From the NCBI GenBank assembly GCA_043816785.1, contig JBDRHP010000011.1, positions 34,833-98,832 of the forward strand: DNA of 64,000 nt, read 5' to 3'. Made by a program: the position numbers and the translations under genes. The notes beneath the pieces are model-generated. The model saw only the letters and a list, made by a program, of their open reading frames with translations, was not told the DNA's origin and did not search any database. Shown here piece by piece: positions 45,841 through 56,870 of this stretch. Position 1 is the stretch's first letter, and every line of letters starts with the position of its first letter. Source of the DNA: Candidatus Margulisiibacteriota bacterium (GTDB lineage Bacteria; Margulisbacteria; WOR-1; O2-12-FULL-45-9).

Positions 45841-48342
45841 ATGAAAGCAGCGATATTAGCAGGTGGATTGGGGACAAGGCTTCACCCTTTAACAGTTGAT
45901 CTTCCCAAACCGATGGTGCCTCTGGCCAACCGGCCGATCATGAGCTATCTGGTCGAGCTTTTGGCCCGGCATGGGTTTGATGACCTTTGCGTTTTGCTAT
46001 ACCACCAACCAGAAGTTATCAAAGATTATTTTAAAGACGGCAGGGAATTCGGCGTAAAAATTAAGTATGTTGAAGCACCCAAGGACTTTGGCACTGCCGG
46101 CGCGATCAGGTTTGCCTGCTCTGATCTCAAAGAGCCGCTCTTGGTTATTAGCGCTGATCTTGTCACGGATATTGATCTGACCGCAGCGCTCGATTTCCAC
46201 AAGAAGAAGAAAGCTCTGGCTACGATTGTTCTCACAAGGGTGGGAAACCCGCTGCCTTACGGCATCGTTATCTCCGACCAGCGGGGCAGAGTAAATAAAT
46301 TCCTGGAAAAACCCACTTGGGGAGAAGTTTTCTCGGATACGGTCAACGCCGGCATTTATATATTGGAGCCAAAAGCAATTGCCCGCATCCCTGTTCAAAA
46401 GCAATTTGACTTCAGTTATGATCTTTTTCCCGCGCTGCTAGCTGAGAACAAGGCGCTGTACGGTTATGTGGCTGAAGGGTATTGGAAGGACATCGGCAAG
46501 ATTGAAGAATATGCCCGGACCCATTACGATCTGCTGACCGGCAGGGTTAAAGTTGACCTTAAGGGAAAGAAATTTAAAAAAAGTAATATTTTTGTGGGAG
46601 AGAATGTTCAGGTGCCTGCTTCCGTGGTGCTGGATGGGGTGGGGATAATCGGCAATAACACGATCATTGGCGAACACGTGGTCCTGAAAAACACCATTAT
46701 TGGCAATGGTTGTAAAATTGCCCGGGACAGCGATTATCGCGAAGCAATTGTTTGGGACGGAGTTGAAATCGGGCCTGAAGTCAGACTGGAGCGGGCCATT
46801 GTCTGCAATGATGCTGTAATCGGCGCCCTGGCTGATCTTCAGGAAGGTTCAGTGATCGGCAGCGAAACAAAAGTCGGTCGGGAAGCAGTGATCCATCCTT
46901 TTATCAAGGTCTGGCCCAGAAAGGAGATCGAGGATAAATCAAGCGTTTCCCGCTCAGTTATATGGCGGGAACGTTGGACCAGGGCTGTTTTCGACCAGCA
47001 TGGGGTGACCGGCGTTTGTAATGTTGAGATCACACCGCAGTTTGCGGCGGCGCTGGGCGCAGCGTATGGTTCGGTCCTGGGCAAAGGCAGCATGATTTCC
47101 TGCAGCCGCGACAGCCATAAAGCGTCGCGCATGATCTTCCGCGCTTTAATCGCCGGTATTTTATCCACCGGTGTTAATATTTCTGACCTGGAAATGGTGC
47201 CGATCCCGGTCAACCGCTACGAAGTGCGCTCGCTCAAGTCCAAGGGCGGATTTCATGTCCGTAAATCACCCTTTGATCCCGAGGTCATTGATATTAAATT
47301 CTTTGATGAAAGAGGGATGGATATCAGCTCGGCGGTTGAAAAAAAGGTCGAGCGCAATTTCTTTGGCGAAGATTTTGTCCGGGCCAGGATAGAGGAAGCC
47401 GGCGAATTAAGTTATCCCATTCACCGTGTGACAGAGGAATACCGGGCCGGGCTTTTTGAGCATCTGGATATTAAGACCATTGCCGGTTCCAATATCAAGC
47501 TGGCCATAAATTATGCATATGGCTCGGCGTCCCAGCTTTTTCCGTCGATCATGGGGGAGTTGGGATTGGAAGTGGTTGCCCTGGACGCTTATATTGACGA
47601 GACCAAAATAACCAAGGATCGCGAGGCTTTTGAGAGATCCCAACACCAGATGGCGCAGATCGTCAAAAGCCTGGGGAATGACCTGGGTATCATCATGGAT
47701 ACTGGTGCGGAGAAGATCTTTCTGTGCGATGAAAAAGGCCAGATGGTCGATGGCCGCAAAGCTTTAGCCATGATGGCCTTGCTGGCGCTGAGATCGAACA
47801 AGAACAGCGTTATCGCGGTGCCGGTTAAGGAATCGATGGTTATTGATGAATTGGCCGGCAAATACAAAGGGAGAGTCGTCAGGACCAAAAATAGTATCCG
47901 GGGAATGATGGAAGTGGCGGAGGAAGGCAAGGCAGTCTTTCTGGGAGAGAACCAGGGCGGCTATATCTTTCCTGATTTCATGCCCTGTTTTGACGGCATG
48001 TATTCTGTCTGTAAGTTGATCGAGTTCCTGGCCAGGGAAAAGGTAAAACTTTCCGACCTGGCGGCCGAGATCCCGCCGATCCGGATCGCTAAAAGGACCA
48101 TTCCCTGTTCCCAGGAGCAAAAGGGATTGGTGATGCGCCTGGCGATTGATAAATTGAGGAAAACCGAAAAGATCGAAATGATCGACGGGCTGAAGTTCTG
48201 GCAGGATGGGGAGTGGGCCCTGATCCTGCCGGAAACCGTTCGGCCGGAGATCCATTTATATGCTGAAGCCAGGACTGAGAAACGCGCCCACTTGCTTTTG
48301 GATAAATACCAAAAAATGATCGAGGCAATCAAGGAGGGGTAA
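45841..48342 (+). CDS. bifunctional NDP-sugar pyrophosphorylase (NTP_transferase plus left-handed beta-helix) fused to a phosphoglucomutase/phosphomannomutase-like domain
   Basis: The N-terminus MKAAILAGGLGTRLHPLTVDLPKPMVPLANRPIM is the sugar-1-P nucleotidylyltransferase signature. Hexapeptide repeats follow. The C-terminal half has the PGM/PMM four-domain layout (GENQGGYIF sugar-binding loop), but no canonical TASHNP phosphoserine motif and a degenerate DGDGDR. Confidence 0.75.
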   Translation: MKAAILAGGLGTRLHPLTVDLPKPMVPLANRPIMSYLVELLARHGFDDLCVLLYHQPEVIKDYFKDGREFGVKIKYVEAPKDFGTAGAIRFACSDLKEPLLVISADLVTDIDLTAALDFHKKKKALATIVLTRVGNPLPYGIVISDQRGRVNKFLEKPTWGEVFSDTVNAGIYILEPKAIARIPVQKQFDFSYDLFPALLAENKALYGYVAEGYWKDIGKIEEYARTHYDLLTGRVKVDLKGKKFKKSNIFVGENVQVPASVVLDGVGIIGNNTIIGEHVVLKNTIIGNGCKIARDSDYREAIVWDGVEIGPEVRLERAIVCNDAVIGALADLQEGSVIGSETKVGREAVIHPFIKVWPRKEIEDKSSVSRSVIWRERWTRAVFDQHGVTGVCNVEITPQFAAALGAAYGSVLGKGSMISCSRDSHKASRMIFRALIAGILSTGVNISDLEMVPIPVNRYEVRSLKSKGGFHVRKSPFDPEVIDIKFFDERGMDISSAVEKKVERNFFGEDFVRARIEEAGELSYPIHRVTEEYRAGLFEHLDIKTIAGSNIKLAINYAYGSASQLFPSIMGELGLEVVALDAYIDETKITKDREAFERSQHQMAQIVKSLGNDLGIIMDTGAEKIFLCDEKGQMVDGRKALAMMALLALRSNKNSVIAVPVKESMVIDELAGKYKGRVVRTKNSIRGMMEVAEEGKAVFLGENQGGYIFPDFMPCFDGMYSVCKLIEFLAREKVKLSDLAAEIPPIRIAKRTIPCSQEQKGLVMRLAIDKLRKTEKIEMIDGLKFWQDGEWALILPETVRPEIHLYAEARTEKRAHLLLDKYQKMIEAIKEG

Positions 48343-48343
48343 A

Positions 48344-49759
48344 ATGAAGATATTAATAGTTTCCTCAGAAGTTGTCCCATTCGCAAAGACCGGCGGCCTG
48401 GCGGATGTGGCCGGAGCCCTGCCCAAGGCGCTGAAGGAGCTTGGGCATGATATCCGGGTATTCATGCCGCGCTATAAAAAAGTTGACCCCCAGAAATATG
48501 GGCTAAGGAAAATGTCGGAAGAGATCTGGGAAGGAAAGATCCCGGATTCCGAAGTCACAGTTTATTTTTACGAGAACGAAAAATATTTCGGCGGTCGTGA
48601 CGAATTGTACCAGGTAAAAGGTGTTGATTATGAAGATAATCTAGAAAGGTTTGCGGCCTTTTGCCAGGCAACGCCCCGGCTGCTCAAAGCATTGAATTGG
48701 ACGCCGGAAATTATTCATTGCAACGACTGGCAATCGGCCTTGATCGCAGCTTACGTTAAGCTTGGCAGTGAGCCGATCTTTAGTCGGACCGGGGTTGTTT
48801 ATTCAATCCATAATATGGGGTATCTGGGGTTGTTCCCTAAAGAAAAGCTGTCGGCTACCGGGCTGGGCTGGGACCAGTTTTCTTCCGACAAGCTGGAATT
48901 TTGGGGTAAAATAGCCCTGACCAAAGCAGGCTTTGTTTACGCGGATGTTATTAATACTGTTTCACAAACCTATGCCAAAGAGATCCAGACCGAAGAATAT
49001 GGCCATGGGCTGAACGGTTTAATCCGTCACCGCAGCCAGGATGTTTACGGAATTGTCAATGGCCTGGATTACGATGTTTGGAATCCGGCAACTGACAAAA
49101 ATATTCCTCAGCGCTATTCTGCGGGTTCGCTCTTGGGCAAGGCCGCGAACAAGGCTGCCCTGCAAAAGCAGAACGGCCTGCCGCAAAAAAAACAAACCCC
49201 GGTGATCGGCATGATAACGCGCCTGGCTGACCAGAAGGGCCTGGATATTTTGGCCGGCGCGCTGGACGAAATCATGGAACTAAAATGCCAGTTTGTTGTT
49301 TTGGGCACCGGCGATCCCCAGTATCATGAGCTGCTAAAGCAGGCCAAGCAAAAATACCCAGATTACATTGGTGCCAATCTTAAGTTTGATGCCATGCTGG
49401 CCCAGCTGATCTATGCTGGCTCAGACATGTTCCTGATGCCCTCGCGCTATGAGCCCTGCGGACTGGGGCAGCTGATCAGCTTTAAATACGGCACGGTCCC
49501 GATCGTGCGTAAAACCGGCGGCTTGGCTGACACAGTGCATGATTTTATCAGTAAGACAGGGGAAGGCGATGGCTTTGTTTTTCAAGAATACAGTTCAGCC
49601 GCCTTGCTGGATGCGGTCAAACGCGCCCTGGCTGTTTATAAAAAGAAGGCGCTCTGGAAAAAATTGGTTGAGAAGGTCATGGACTATGATTATTCGTGGG
49701 GAGCTTCGGCCAAACATTATGAAGCACTCTACGCCCGGGCGATGAGCAAAAGAGCTTGA
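48344..49759 (+). CDS. glgA: glycogen synthase (ADP-glucose type, GT5)
   Basis: MKILIVSSEVVPFAKTGGLADVAGALPKAL is the GlgA KTGGL N-terminus. GT-B C-terminal domain. Confidence 0.9.
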   Translation: MKILIVSSEVVPFAKTGGLADVAGALPKALKELGHDIRVFMPRYKKVDPQKYGLRKMSEEIWEGKIPDSEVTVYFYENEKYFGGRDELYQVKGVDYEDNLERFAAFCQATPRLLKALNWTPEIIHCNDWQSALIAAYVKLGSEPIFSRTGVVYSIHNMGYLGLFPKEKLSATGLGWDQFSSDKLEFWGKIALTKAGFVYADVINTVSQTYAKEIQTEEYGHGLNGLIRHRSQDVYGIVNGLDYDVWNPATDKNIPQRYSAGSLLGKAANKAALQKQNGLPQKKQTPVIGMITRLADQKGLDILAGALDEIMELKCQFVVLGTGDPQYHELLKQAKQKYPDYIGANLKFDAMLAQLIYAGSDMFLMPSRYEPCGLGQLISFKYGTVPIVRKTGGLADTVHDFISKTGEGDGFVFQEYSSAALLDAVKRALAVYKKKALWKKLVEKVMDYDYSWGASAKHYEALYARAMSKRA

Positions 49760-49812
49760 CTTTGTCATGACGGAAGATTAGAATTCTTTTCGGTTGTAAT
49801 AAGGAGGAAAAC

Positions 49813-50043
49813 ATGCAAGAACAAATTGGACAAACCGCGGGAAAAGTCTGGCTGGCCTTGGGGAAAAAAGGCGAAACTAATTTGGCGATGCTGCCGAAAG
49901 TGATCAAGGAGAAAAGCGAAATAACTTTTCAGGCCTTGGGTTGGTTGGCTCACGAAGGCAAGATCATTTACCAGAAAAAGGGCGACAAAAACTTCGTGGC
50001 GCTTTCTCCGCGAGAGCAAGAGGTTTTTAAGACTGTCCATTAA
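49813..50043 (+). CDS. small winged-helix-like protein (76 aa)
   Basis: ORF between glgA and treZ. The helix-turn-strand pattern is compatible with a wHTH. Weak call. Confidence 0.35.
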   Translation: MQEQIGQTAGKVWLALGKKGETNLAMLPKVIKEKSEITFQALGWLAHEGKIIYQKKGDKNFVALSPREQEVFKTVH

Positions 50044-50053
50044 TCAACGCGGC

Positions 50054-51844
50054 TTGGCCAGGGTTGGAGCAAAATACCTCGGCAATGATTGCTGTGAGTT
50101 TTCGCTCTGGGCCCCTCTATTAAACCAAGTTGCCTTAAAGATTGTTTCCCCACAAGAGCGGATTATTCCGCTGCAGAAATCAGCAGGCGGTTACTGGCGG
50201 CTTAGGCTTTCTAAAATTCCTCCTGGGACGCTTTATTATTATCTAGTTAATGATTCCAAGCGGTTGCCTGACCCTGCGTCTTTTTATCAACCCAAGGGTG
50301 TGCATGGGCCTTCCCAAGTAATTGATCAGTCAGGTTTTAACTGGGGCGATGGGGCTTGGCCGGGAATTCCGCTTGCTGAAATGATTATTTACGAACTGCA
50401 TGTGGGGACCTTTACCCCGCAAGGCACTTTTGCAGCCATTATTCCTCGACTTCCTGAACTGAAAAAATTAGGCGTTAACACAATTGAGCTTATGCCTGTA
50501 GCCCAGTTTCCTGGGAAGCGCAATTGGGGTTACGACGGCACTTGTCCGTTTTCCGTGCAGAATTCCTACGGCGGTCCAGGGGGATTTAAAACACTGGTTA
50601 ATGAAGCGCACCAAGCTGGCTTGGCTGTTATCCTGGATGTTGTTTACAATCATTTGGGGCCGGAGGGTAATTACCTGGCGGAGTTTGGCCCTTATTTTAC
50701 CTCTAAATATGTAACGCCCTGGGGAAAAGCGGTCAATTTTGACGACAAAGGCAACGGAGGCGTGAGAAATTATTTTATCCAGAATTCACGGCACTGGTTT
50801 GATCATTATCACATTGATGCTTTGCGGCTGGATGCCATCCACGGGATATTTGATCAAAGCAAGAAACATATTTTGAGAGAGCTTTCCGAAAAAACTGATC
50901 GGTTTTCCAAAAGCAAGGGCCGCAAGTTTTATCTGATTGCGGAAAGCGATCTCAACCAGGAGCGCGTAGTGCGCGACCGCAGCAAAGGCGGTTATGGCGT
51001 ACATGCCCAATGGAACGATGATTTCCATCACGCCCTCCACACCATCTTAACCGGTGAAAAAAAAGGCTATTACCAAGATTTTGGAAAGATCGAACAGCTT
51101 GAAAAAGCCTACGGCCAGGGGTTTGTTTATTCAGGCCAATATTCTGCTTATCGGGAAAAGAGGCATGGCACTTCTTCTAAAAATATACCAGCTTCACGCT
51201 TGGTGGTCTTTACCCAGAACCATGACCAGGTCGGCAATCGGCTGGCAGGAGAAAGGCTTTCACAGCTGGTGTCTTTTGAAGCTTTAAAGCTGGCTGCCGG
51301 AGCCATGCTTGTTGCGCCCTATATCCCTTTGCTTTTCATGGGTGAAGAATACGCCGAAAACATACCCTTTTATTTTTTTGTTGATTTTGGCGATCCAGGG
51401 CTAATTAAAGCTGTCCGGGAAGGTCGGCAGAAGGAATTTTCCGCTTTTGGCTGGGACCAACCAATCCCCGATCCGCAAGTGCAAAAAACATTTGATCGAT
51501 CAAAAATTGACTGGCGAAAAAGGAACAGCGGTAAACATCAGGTCATGCTTAAATATTACCAAAGGCTTTTGAGCTTGCGGCGCGATATCCCTGCTCTGTC
51601 GCATCTTAGCAAGAAAAACTTGAAGGTCAGTAAGCTGGCGGACAGGACCATTCTCCTGGAAAGATGGCATCTGAAGAGCAGGGTGTGGTGTATAATGAAT
51701 TTTGGCAAGGAAATAGTAAAATCCAATTTGCCTAAAAAGGCAGTAAAAATAATGGATTCTTCTGATACAATATGGAGTGGCCCCGGTGCTTTGGAGAAAG
51801 CGATAAATCCTTTAAGTTTGGTCTTGTATGAGGTGAGCAAATGA
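50054..51844 (+). CDS. treZ: malto-oligosyltrehalose trehalohydrolase
   Basis: CBM48 (CEFSLWAP) plus GH13 (YELHVGTF, GYDG, DVVYNHLGPEGNY, ALRLDAIHG, LIAESD, FTQNHDQVGNR). TTG start. Confidence 0.85.
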   Translation: MARVGAKYLGNDCCEFSLWAPLLNQVALKIVSPQERIIPLQKSAGGYWRLRLSKIPPGTLYYYLVNDSKRLPDPASFYQPKGVHGPSQVIDQSGFNWGDGAWPGIPLAEMIIYELHVGTFTPQGTFAAIIPRLPELKKLGVNTIELMPVAQFPGKRNWGYDGTCPFSVQNSYGGPGGFKTLVNEAHQAGLAVILDVVYNHLGPEGNYLAEFGPYFTSKYVTPWGKAVNFDDKGNGGVRNYFIQNSRHWFDHYHIDALRLDAIHGIFDQSKKHILRELSEKTDRFSKSKGRKFYLIAESDLNQERVVRDRSKGGYGVHAQWNDDFHHALHTILTGEKKGYYQDFGKIEQLEKAYGQGFVYSGQYSAYREKRHGTSSKNIPASRLVVFTQNHDQVGNRLAGERLSQLVSFEALKLAAGAMLVAPYIPLLFMGEEYAENIPFYFFVDFGDPGLIKAVREGRQKEFSAFGWDQPIPDPQVQKTFDRSKIDWRKRNSGKHQVMLKYYQRLLSLRRDIPALSHLSKKNLKVSKLADRTILLERWHLKSRVWCIMNFGKEIVKSNLPKKAVKIMDSSDTIWSGPGALEKAINPLSLVLYEVSK

Positions 51845-54273
51845 GCCGATATATTTGTATCCATGGCCATTTTTACCAGCCACCGAGGGAAAATCCCTGG
51901 CTGGAAGAGATTGAGCTTCAAGATTCAGCTTATCCTTATCACGACTGGAATCAGCGCGTAACCGCTGAGTGCTATGCCCCCAACACTGCTTCACGCATCC
52001 TTGACCATGACAAGAAAATCATTAATATCATAAATAACTACTCAAAGATCAGCTTTAATTTTGGGCCCACCCTTCTTTCCTGGCTGGCCAAAAAAGAACC
52101 GGATGTTTATTCTGCCGTCCTGGATGCTGATATTTTAAGTCAGGAAAATTTTGCCGGCCACGGTTCGGCTCTGGCCCAGGTTTACAACCATATGATTATG
52201 CCCCTGGCCAATAGCCGTGATAAGGAAACGCAGATTGTTTGGGGGATCAAGGATTTTGAATATCGTTTTAAGCGGAAACCCGAAGGCATATGGCTGGCGG
52301 AAACTGCCGTTGACCTTGAAACCCTGGGACTTATGGCAAAGTATGGCATCCGGTTCACGATTCTGGCGCCAAACCAGGCTAAACGGGTCCGTAAGATCGG
52401 CAATAAAAGCTGGAAGGATGTTAGCGGCGGACGAGTTGACTCCAAATATCCCTATTTGGTCAATCTTTCGTCCGGCCAAAAAATTGTGGTTTTTTTCTAT
52501 GACGGCCCCCTTTCACAGGACGTGGCTTTTGCGGGCTTGCTGAATAACGGCGAGAACTTTGGCAACCGGCTGGCCAGCGCTTTTGTGGATCAAGAAAAAG
52601 AATCGCAGCTGGTGCACATTGCCACTGATGGTGAGTCTTATGGCCATCATCACCGGCATGGGGAAATGGCGCTTTCCTATTGTTTGTATCATATTGAGAA
52701 TAACGGCCTGGCCGAGATCACCAATTATGCCGCTTATCTGGCAGAGAACGAGCCAGTATATGAAGCTGAGATCTTTGAAAATTCCTCTTGGAGCTGCGCA
52801 CATGGCGTGGAGCGGTGGAAAGCTGATTGCGGCTGTAATTCTGGCTGTCATCAGGGTTGGCGCCAGCAATGGCGCGCGCCGCTCAGGCAGGCGATGGATT
52901 GGTTAAGGGACGAATTGGTTAAGATTTACGAGCAGGAAATGTCGGCGCTGGTCAAGGATCCCTGGCAAGCCAGGAATGATTATATTGAAGTTATTCTGGA
53001 CCGATCTGAAGAAAACAATGAACGGTTCCTGGCCCGGCAAGCGAGCGCGAAGCTTGCCTGGCAAAAACAGGTCAAGGCGCGGCAGCTGCTGGAGATGCAG
53101 CGTTATGCCATGCTCATGTTCACGAGCTGTGGCTGGTTCTTTGACGACATTTCAGGCATAGAAACAGTTCAGGTCATACTTTATGCCTCACGGGCCATCC
53201 AGCTGGCGCGAGAGATAAGCGGAATTGACCTTGAGCCGGCTTATGTGAAAAAACTGGAACAAGCCGCGGGTAACCTGCCTGCTCTGGCTAATGGCGCAGA
53301 GGTATACAATAGGTATGTCAAGCCCGAGATCCTGGACCTTTTGAGGGTTGGCGCGCATTACGCGATTTCTTCCCTGTTTGAGGGATATCCTGCAAATGCC
53401 AAGCTTTTTTGCTACTGGATAGACAAGCTGGCTTTTGAGCGGTTGGAGAAAAATAACGGGAAACTGGCTGTGGGCAAGGCACACATCTACTCTACCCTGA
53501 CAGCAGAAGAGGTTGACGTGAGCTTTGCTGTTGTGCATTTAGGCGGGGAAGAGTTTTTTGGCGGGGTCAATATTTGCGGCAAAGACTGCGATTTTGACGA
53601 TACGGCTAAAAGGATCAAAGAGGGGTTTTTAAGCGATGGCCGAGAAAAAATTTCACATTTGCTTGACGAGTATTTTGGCCGCCACAGTTATTCGCTCTGG
53701 CATCTCTTTCGTGATGAGCAGCGAAAGATCCTTAACCTGGTAGCCAAACCGGCTTTTGAAGAGGTCAAAGAGTCGCTGCGCCGGATCTTTGAGGAGCATT
53801 ACCAGACCATGCGGGGCATGAACAAGCTGCGTATCCACCTGCCGATGGCGCTTTTTACCACTGCCAGATTTGTGATCAATAATGAACTGCGGCAATTGCT
53901 GGAAGCGGATGAATTTAATCTTTCCCGCTTTCAAAAAGTTGTCGAAGAGTTCAAGGACTGGCCGATAAAACTGGACCGCAAAACCATTATCTATCATGCT
54001 TCGCTGGTGATCAACCGCATGGTGGAAAAGTGTTTTGCTTTTCCCGAGAATATCAATTGGCTTGAGCAGGTCAATCTGGCGCTCCAGGTTTTTCTTGGTC
54101 CGCCGCTGGCGCTGGACCTTGATCTCTGGCGCTCCCAAAATCTTTATTTTAAGATTGGGAAAAAACTCTATGCCGAAATGTCAAGGAAAGAGGCTAAAGG
54201 GTCAGAAGAAGCCAGGCGCTGGCGGCGGGAATTCAATAGGCTGGGAGATTATCTTAAGGTTAGGATTAGATGA
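51841..54273 (+). CDS. GH57 family alpha-glucan-active enzyme with long C-terminal (DUF3536-like) domain
   Basis: The N-terminus HGHFYQPPRENPW, then GHGS...WLAETAV...ATDGESYGHHH, fit GH57 catalytic motifs. 810 aa. Confidence 0.65.
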   Translation: MSRYICIHGHFYQPPRENPWLEEIELQDSAYPYHDWNQRVTAECYAPNTASRILDHDKKIINIINNYSKISFNFGPTLLSWLAKKEPDVYSAVLDADILSQENFAGHGSALAQVYNHMIMPLANSRDKETQIVWGIKDFEYRFKRKPEGIWLAETAVDLETLGLMAKYGIRFTILAPNQAKRVRKIGNKSWKDVSGGRVDSKYPYLVNLSSGQKIVVFFYDGPLSQDVAFAGLLNNGENFGNRLASAFVDQEKESQLVHIATDGESYGHHHRHGEMALSYCLYHIENNGLAEITNYAAYLAENEPVYEAEIFENSSWSCAHGVERWKADCGCNSGCHQGWRQQWRAPLRQAMDWLRDELVKIYEQEMSALVKDPWQARNDYIEVILDRSEENNERFLARQASAKLAWQKQVKARQLLEMQRYAMLMFTSCGWFFDDISGIETVQVILYASRAIQLAREISGIDLEPAYVKKLEQAAGNLPALANGAEVYNRYVKPEILDLLRVGAHYAISSLFEGYPANAKLFCYWIDKLAFERLEKNNGKLAVGKAHIYSTLTAEEVDVSFAVVHLGGEEFFGGVNICGKDCDFDDTAKRIKEGFLSDGREKISHLLDEYFGRHSYSLWHLFRDEQRKILNLVAKPAFEEVKESLRRIFEEHYQTMRGMNKLRIHLPMALFTTARFVINNELRQLLEADEFNLSRFQKVVEEFKDWPIKLDRKTIIYHASLVINRMVEKCFAFPENINWLEQVNLALQVFLGPPLALDLDLWRSQNLYFKIGKKLYAEMSRKEAKGSEEARRWRREFNRLGDYLKVRIR

Positions 54274-56870
54274 TGATTATCCCATTGGCGACATACCGCC
54301 TGCAGTTTACGCCGGAATTTGGTTTTCAAGAGGCACAGTCAGTCGCCGCCTATCTGGCGGACCTGGGTATTTCTTCCATTTATGCTTCTCCCATTTTTAT
54401 GTGCCGCCGCGACAGCCAACATGGCTATGATGTGGTTGATCCTGACCAGCTCAATCCCCAGCTGGGCAGTGCCCAGGATTTTGAGGAGCTGGTTGAGAGC
54501 GCCAAGGACCAGGGCTTAAGCTGGCTGCAGGATATTGTTCCCAATCATATGGCTTATGACAGCCAGAACAAATATTTACTGGATGTGCTGGAAAAAGGTC
54601 AGGCTTCATCTTATTACCGTTTTTTTGATATTGACTGGGACCATCCTTATCAGGACCTGAAGGGACGCCTCCTGGCGCCTTTTTTGGGGAAATTTTATGC
54701 CGAGTCACTGGAAAATGGCGAAATCAAGCTGGAGTTGGATGAAAAGGGATTGAGCATCCGCTATTATAATTGGCGTTTCCCGCTCAGCCGCGATTCTTAT
54801 GCTGGTTTCTTTCCAAACGGTCCGGATGAGCAAAGTGTGGCGCGTTTTAACGGCACAGCGGGAAAGCCTGAGACTTTTAACGAGCTGGATCAGCTTATTT
54901 CCAGCCAGCTTTATCGTTTATCCTTCTGGAAAGTTGCGTCCGAAGAGATCAATTACCGCCGTTTTTTTAACATCAACGAATTGATTTGCCTGCGCGTTGA
55001 GGATGAGGCGGTTTTTGAGGCGACCCATGCCTTGATCTTTCGCCTGATTAAAGAAGAAAAGTTTGACGGCTTGCGCATTGACCACGTTGACGGCCTTTAT
55101 GATCCCGCCGGCTATCTTAAAAGACTGCGGCAAAAAGTCGGCGACATATATTTGCTGGTTGAAAAGATCCTGGCAGAGGGCGAGAAGCTGCCGGAAGACT
55201 GGCCGGTCCAGGGCACAACTGGTTATGATTTCCTGAACCAGATCAATGCTTTGTTTTGCCGTAAGGAAGGCGCCAGGCAGTTTGCCAAAATCTATTACAA
55301 ATTTGCAGGCCAGCCGCTTTCTTATGACCAGCTGCTGGCGGACAAAAAGCGTTTGATTATCGGCCGGCACATGGCCGGCAATATTGATAATCTGGCCCGC
55401 CAGATGAAAGGCATCAGTAGCGGTGACCGCTACGGCCGCGATATTACCCTATATGGTTTGCGCCGCGCTTTGGTTGAGGTCATGGTTTATTTTCCGGTTT
55501 ACCGCACTTATGTCAATCAAGATAATCTGTCTGCCCAGGACCGCAGCAATATTATGGCAGCGGTGACAGAGGCCAGAGCAAAAAATCCCGCTCTTTGTTA
55601 TGAGATCGATTTCATCGAGAGATTTTTACTGCGGGAGTACAAGCAGGGCGAAGGGCCAGCGGACTTTATCATGAAATTCCAGCAATATACCGCTCCGCTG
55701 ATGGCCAAAGGGTTTGAGGACACTTTTCTCTATATTTATAACAAGTTTATTTCCTTGAACGAGGTTGGCGGAGATCCCAACCGCTTTGGCCTAAGCGTTA
55801 AGGACTTTCATAAATTTATTACCCAAAGGTTTATTGCCTCTCCCCATGGGCTCAATGCAACTTCAACCCATGATACCAAAAGGGGGGAAGATGTGCGTAG
55901 CCGGATAAACGTCCTGTCAGAACTAGCCGGTGAATGGAAGAATAATCTGAAAGTTTGGAGCAGGCTGAACAAGGCAAAAAAAACCATTAAGGCAGGCAAT
56001 TATGCCCCGGATACCAATGACGAATATTTTATTTATCAGACCATGTTAGGCGCTTTGCCGTTCCAGGAAGGCGACTATCCGGCTTTTAAACAAAGGCTTA
56101 AGGATTACGTGGTCAAGGCGGTCCGGGAAGCCAAAGTGCACACAGCCTGGCTTAAGCCTGACACTGAATACGAAGAGGCCTGCCTCAAATTTGTTGATGA
56201 GATCATGAAACAGGAAGACAACCGTTTTTGGCCCGATTTTCTTGCCTGGCAAAAGAAAATCGTTTTTTACGGCATGTTCAATTCACTGTCGCAACTCTTA
56301 TTGAAGATTGCTTTGCCCGGCGTGCCGGATTTTTACCAGGGGACTGAATTGTGGGACTTGAGCCTGGTGGACCCGGACAACCGCCGGCCAATAGATTTTG
56401 CGGCCAGAAAAGATGTCTTATCCTTGATTAAGTCAGCTGAAGACGACGACCTGCCTGCTTTGATGAAAGAGCTTCTAAAGACAAAAAGTGACGGCAGGAT
56501 CAAGCTCTTTCTAATGTACCGGCTGCTAAAGGCGCGCAAAGCGCAAGAGGAAATTTTTGCCAGAGGCCGTTATCTTCCTCTGCGTGTTGAGGGACACTTT
56601 AAGGACCATGTTATTGCTTTTGCCAGGAGGCTGAAGAGCCGCTGGCTGGTTGCTGTTGCCCCCCGCTTTTTAACTTCTTTGGTCGAAGTCGGCCGGGACC
56701 CGCTGGCCGAAGAAGTCTGGCAGGATGCCGCGGTTGTTTTGCCTTCTGCGGCGCCGGACAGTTGGCGCGACACAATCTCAAACGAGGAAATCAAAGTGGC
56801 AGGACAAAAACTCAGGCTGGGCGCGGCCCTGAAAGATTTTCCAGCAGCCTTGCTTTATGGAGAAAAATAA
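54270..56870 (+). CDS. treY: malto-oligosyltrehalose synthase
   Basis: TYRLQFTPEFGFQEAQSVAAYLADLGISSIYASPIFMCRRDSQHGYDVVDPDQLNPQLG...DIVPNHMA is the TreY GH13_26 N-terminus. It overlaps both neighbours (ATGA). Confidence 0.85.
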   Translation: MMIIPLATYRLQFTPEFGFQEAQSVAAYLADLGISSIYASPIFMCRRDSQHGYDVVDPDQLNPQLGSAQDFEELVESAKDQGLSWLQDIVPNHMAYDSQNKYLLDVLEKGQASSYYRFFDIDWDHPYQDLKGRLLAPFLGKFYAESLENGEIKLELDEKGLSIRYYNWRFPLSRDSYAGFFPNGPDEQSVARFNGTAGKPETFNELDQLISSQLYRLSFWKVASEEINYRRFFNINELICLRVEDEAVFEATHALIFRLIKEEKFDGLRIDHVDGLYDPAGYLKRLRQKVGDIYLLVEKILAEGEKLPEDWPVQGTTGYDFLNQINALFCRKEGARQFAKIYYKFAGQPLSYDQLLADKKRLIIGRHMAGNIDNLARQMKGISSGDRYGRDITLYGLRRALVEVMVYFPVYRTYVNQDNLSAQDRSNIMAAVTEARAKNPALCYEIDFIERFLLREYKQGEGPADFIMKFQQYTAPLMAKGFEDTFLYIYNKFISLNEVGGDPNRFGLSVKDFHKFITQRFIASPHGLNATSTHDTKRGEDVRSRINVLSELAGEWKNNLKVWSRLNKAKKTIKAGNYAPDTNDEYFIYQTMLGALPFQEGDYPAFKQRLKDYVVKAVREAKVHTAWLKPDTEYEEACLKFVDEIMKQEDNRFWPDFLAWQKKIVFYGMFNSLSQLLLKIALPGVPDFYQGTELWDLSLVDPDNRRPIDFAARKDVLSLIKSAEDDDLPALMKELLKTKSDGRIKLFLMYRLLKARKAQEEIFARGRYLPLRVEGHFKDHVIAFARRLKSRWLVAVAPRFLTSLVEVGRDPLAEEVWQDAAVVLPSAAPDSWRDTISNEEIKVAGQKLRLGAALKDFPAALLYGEK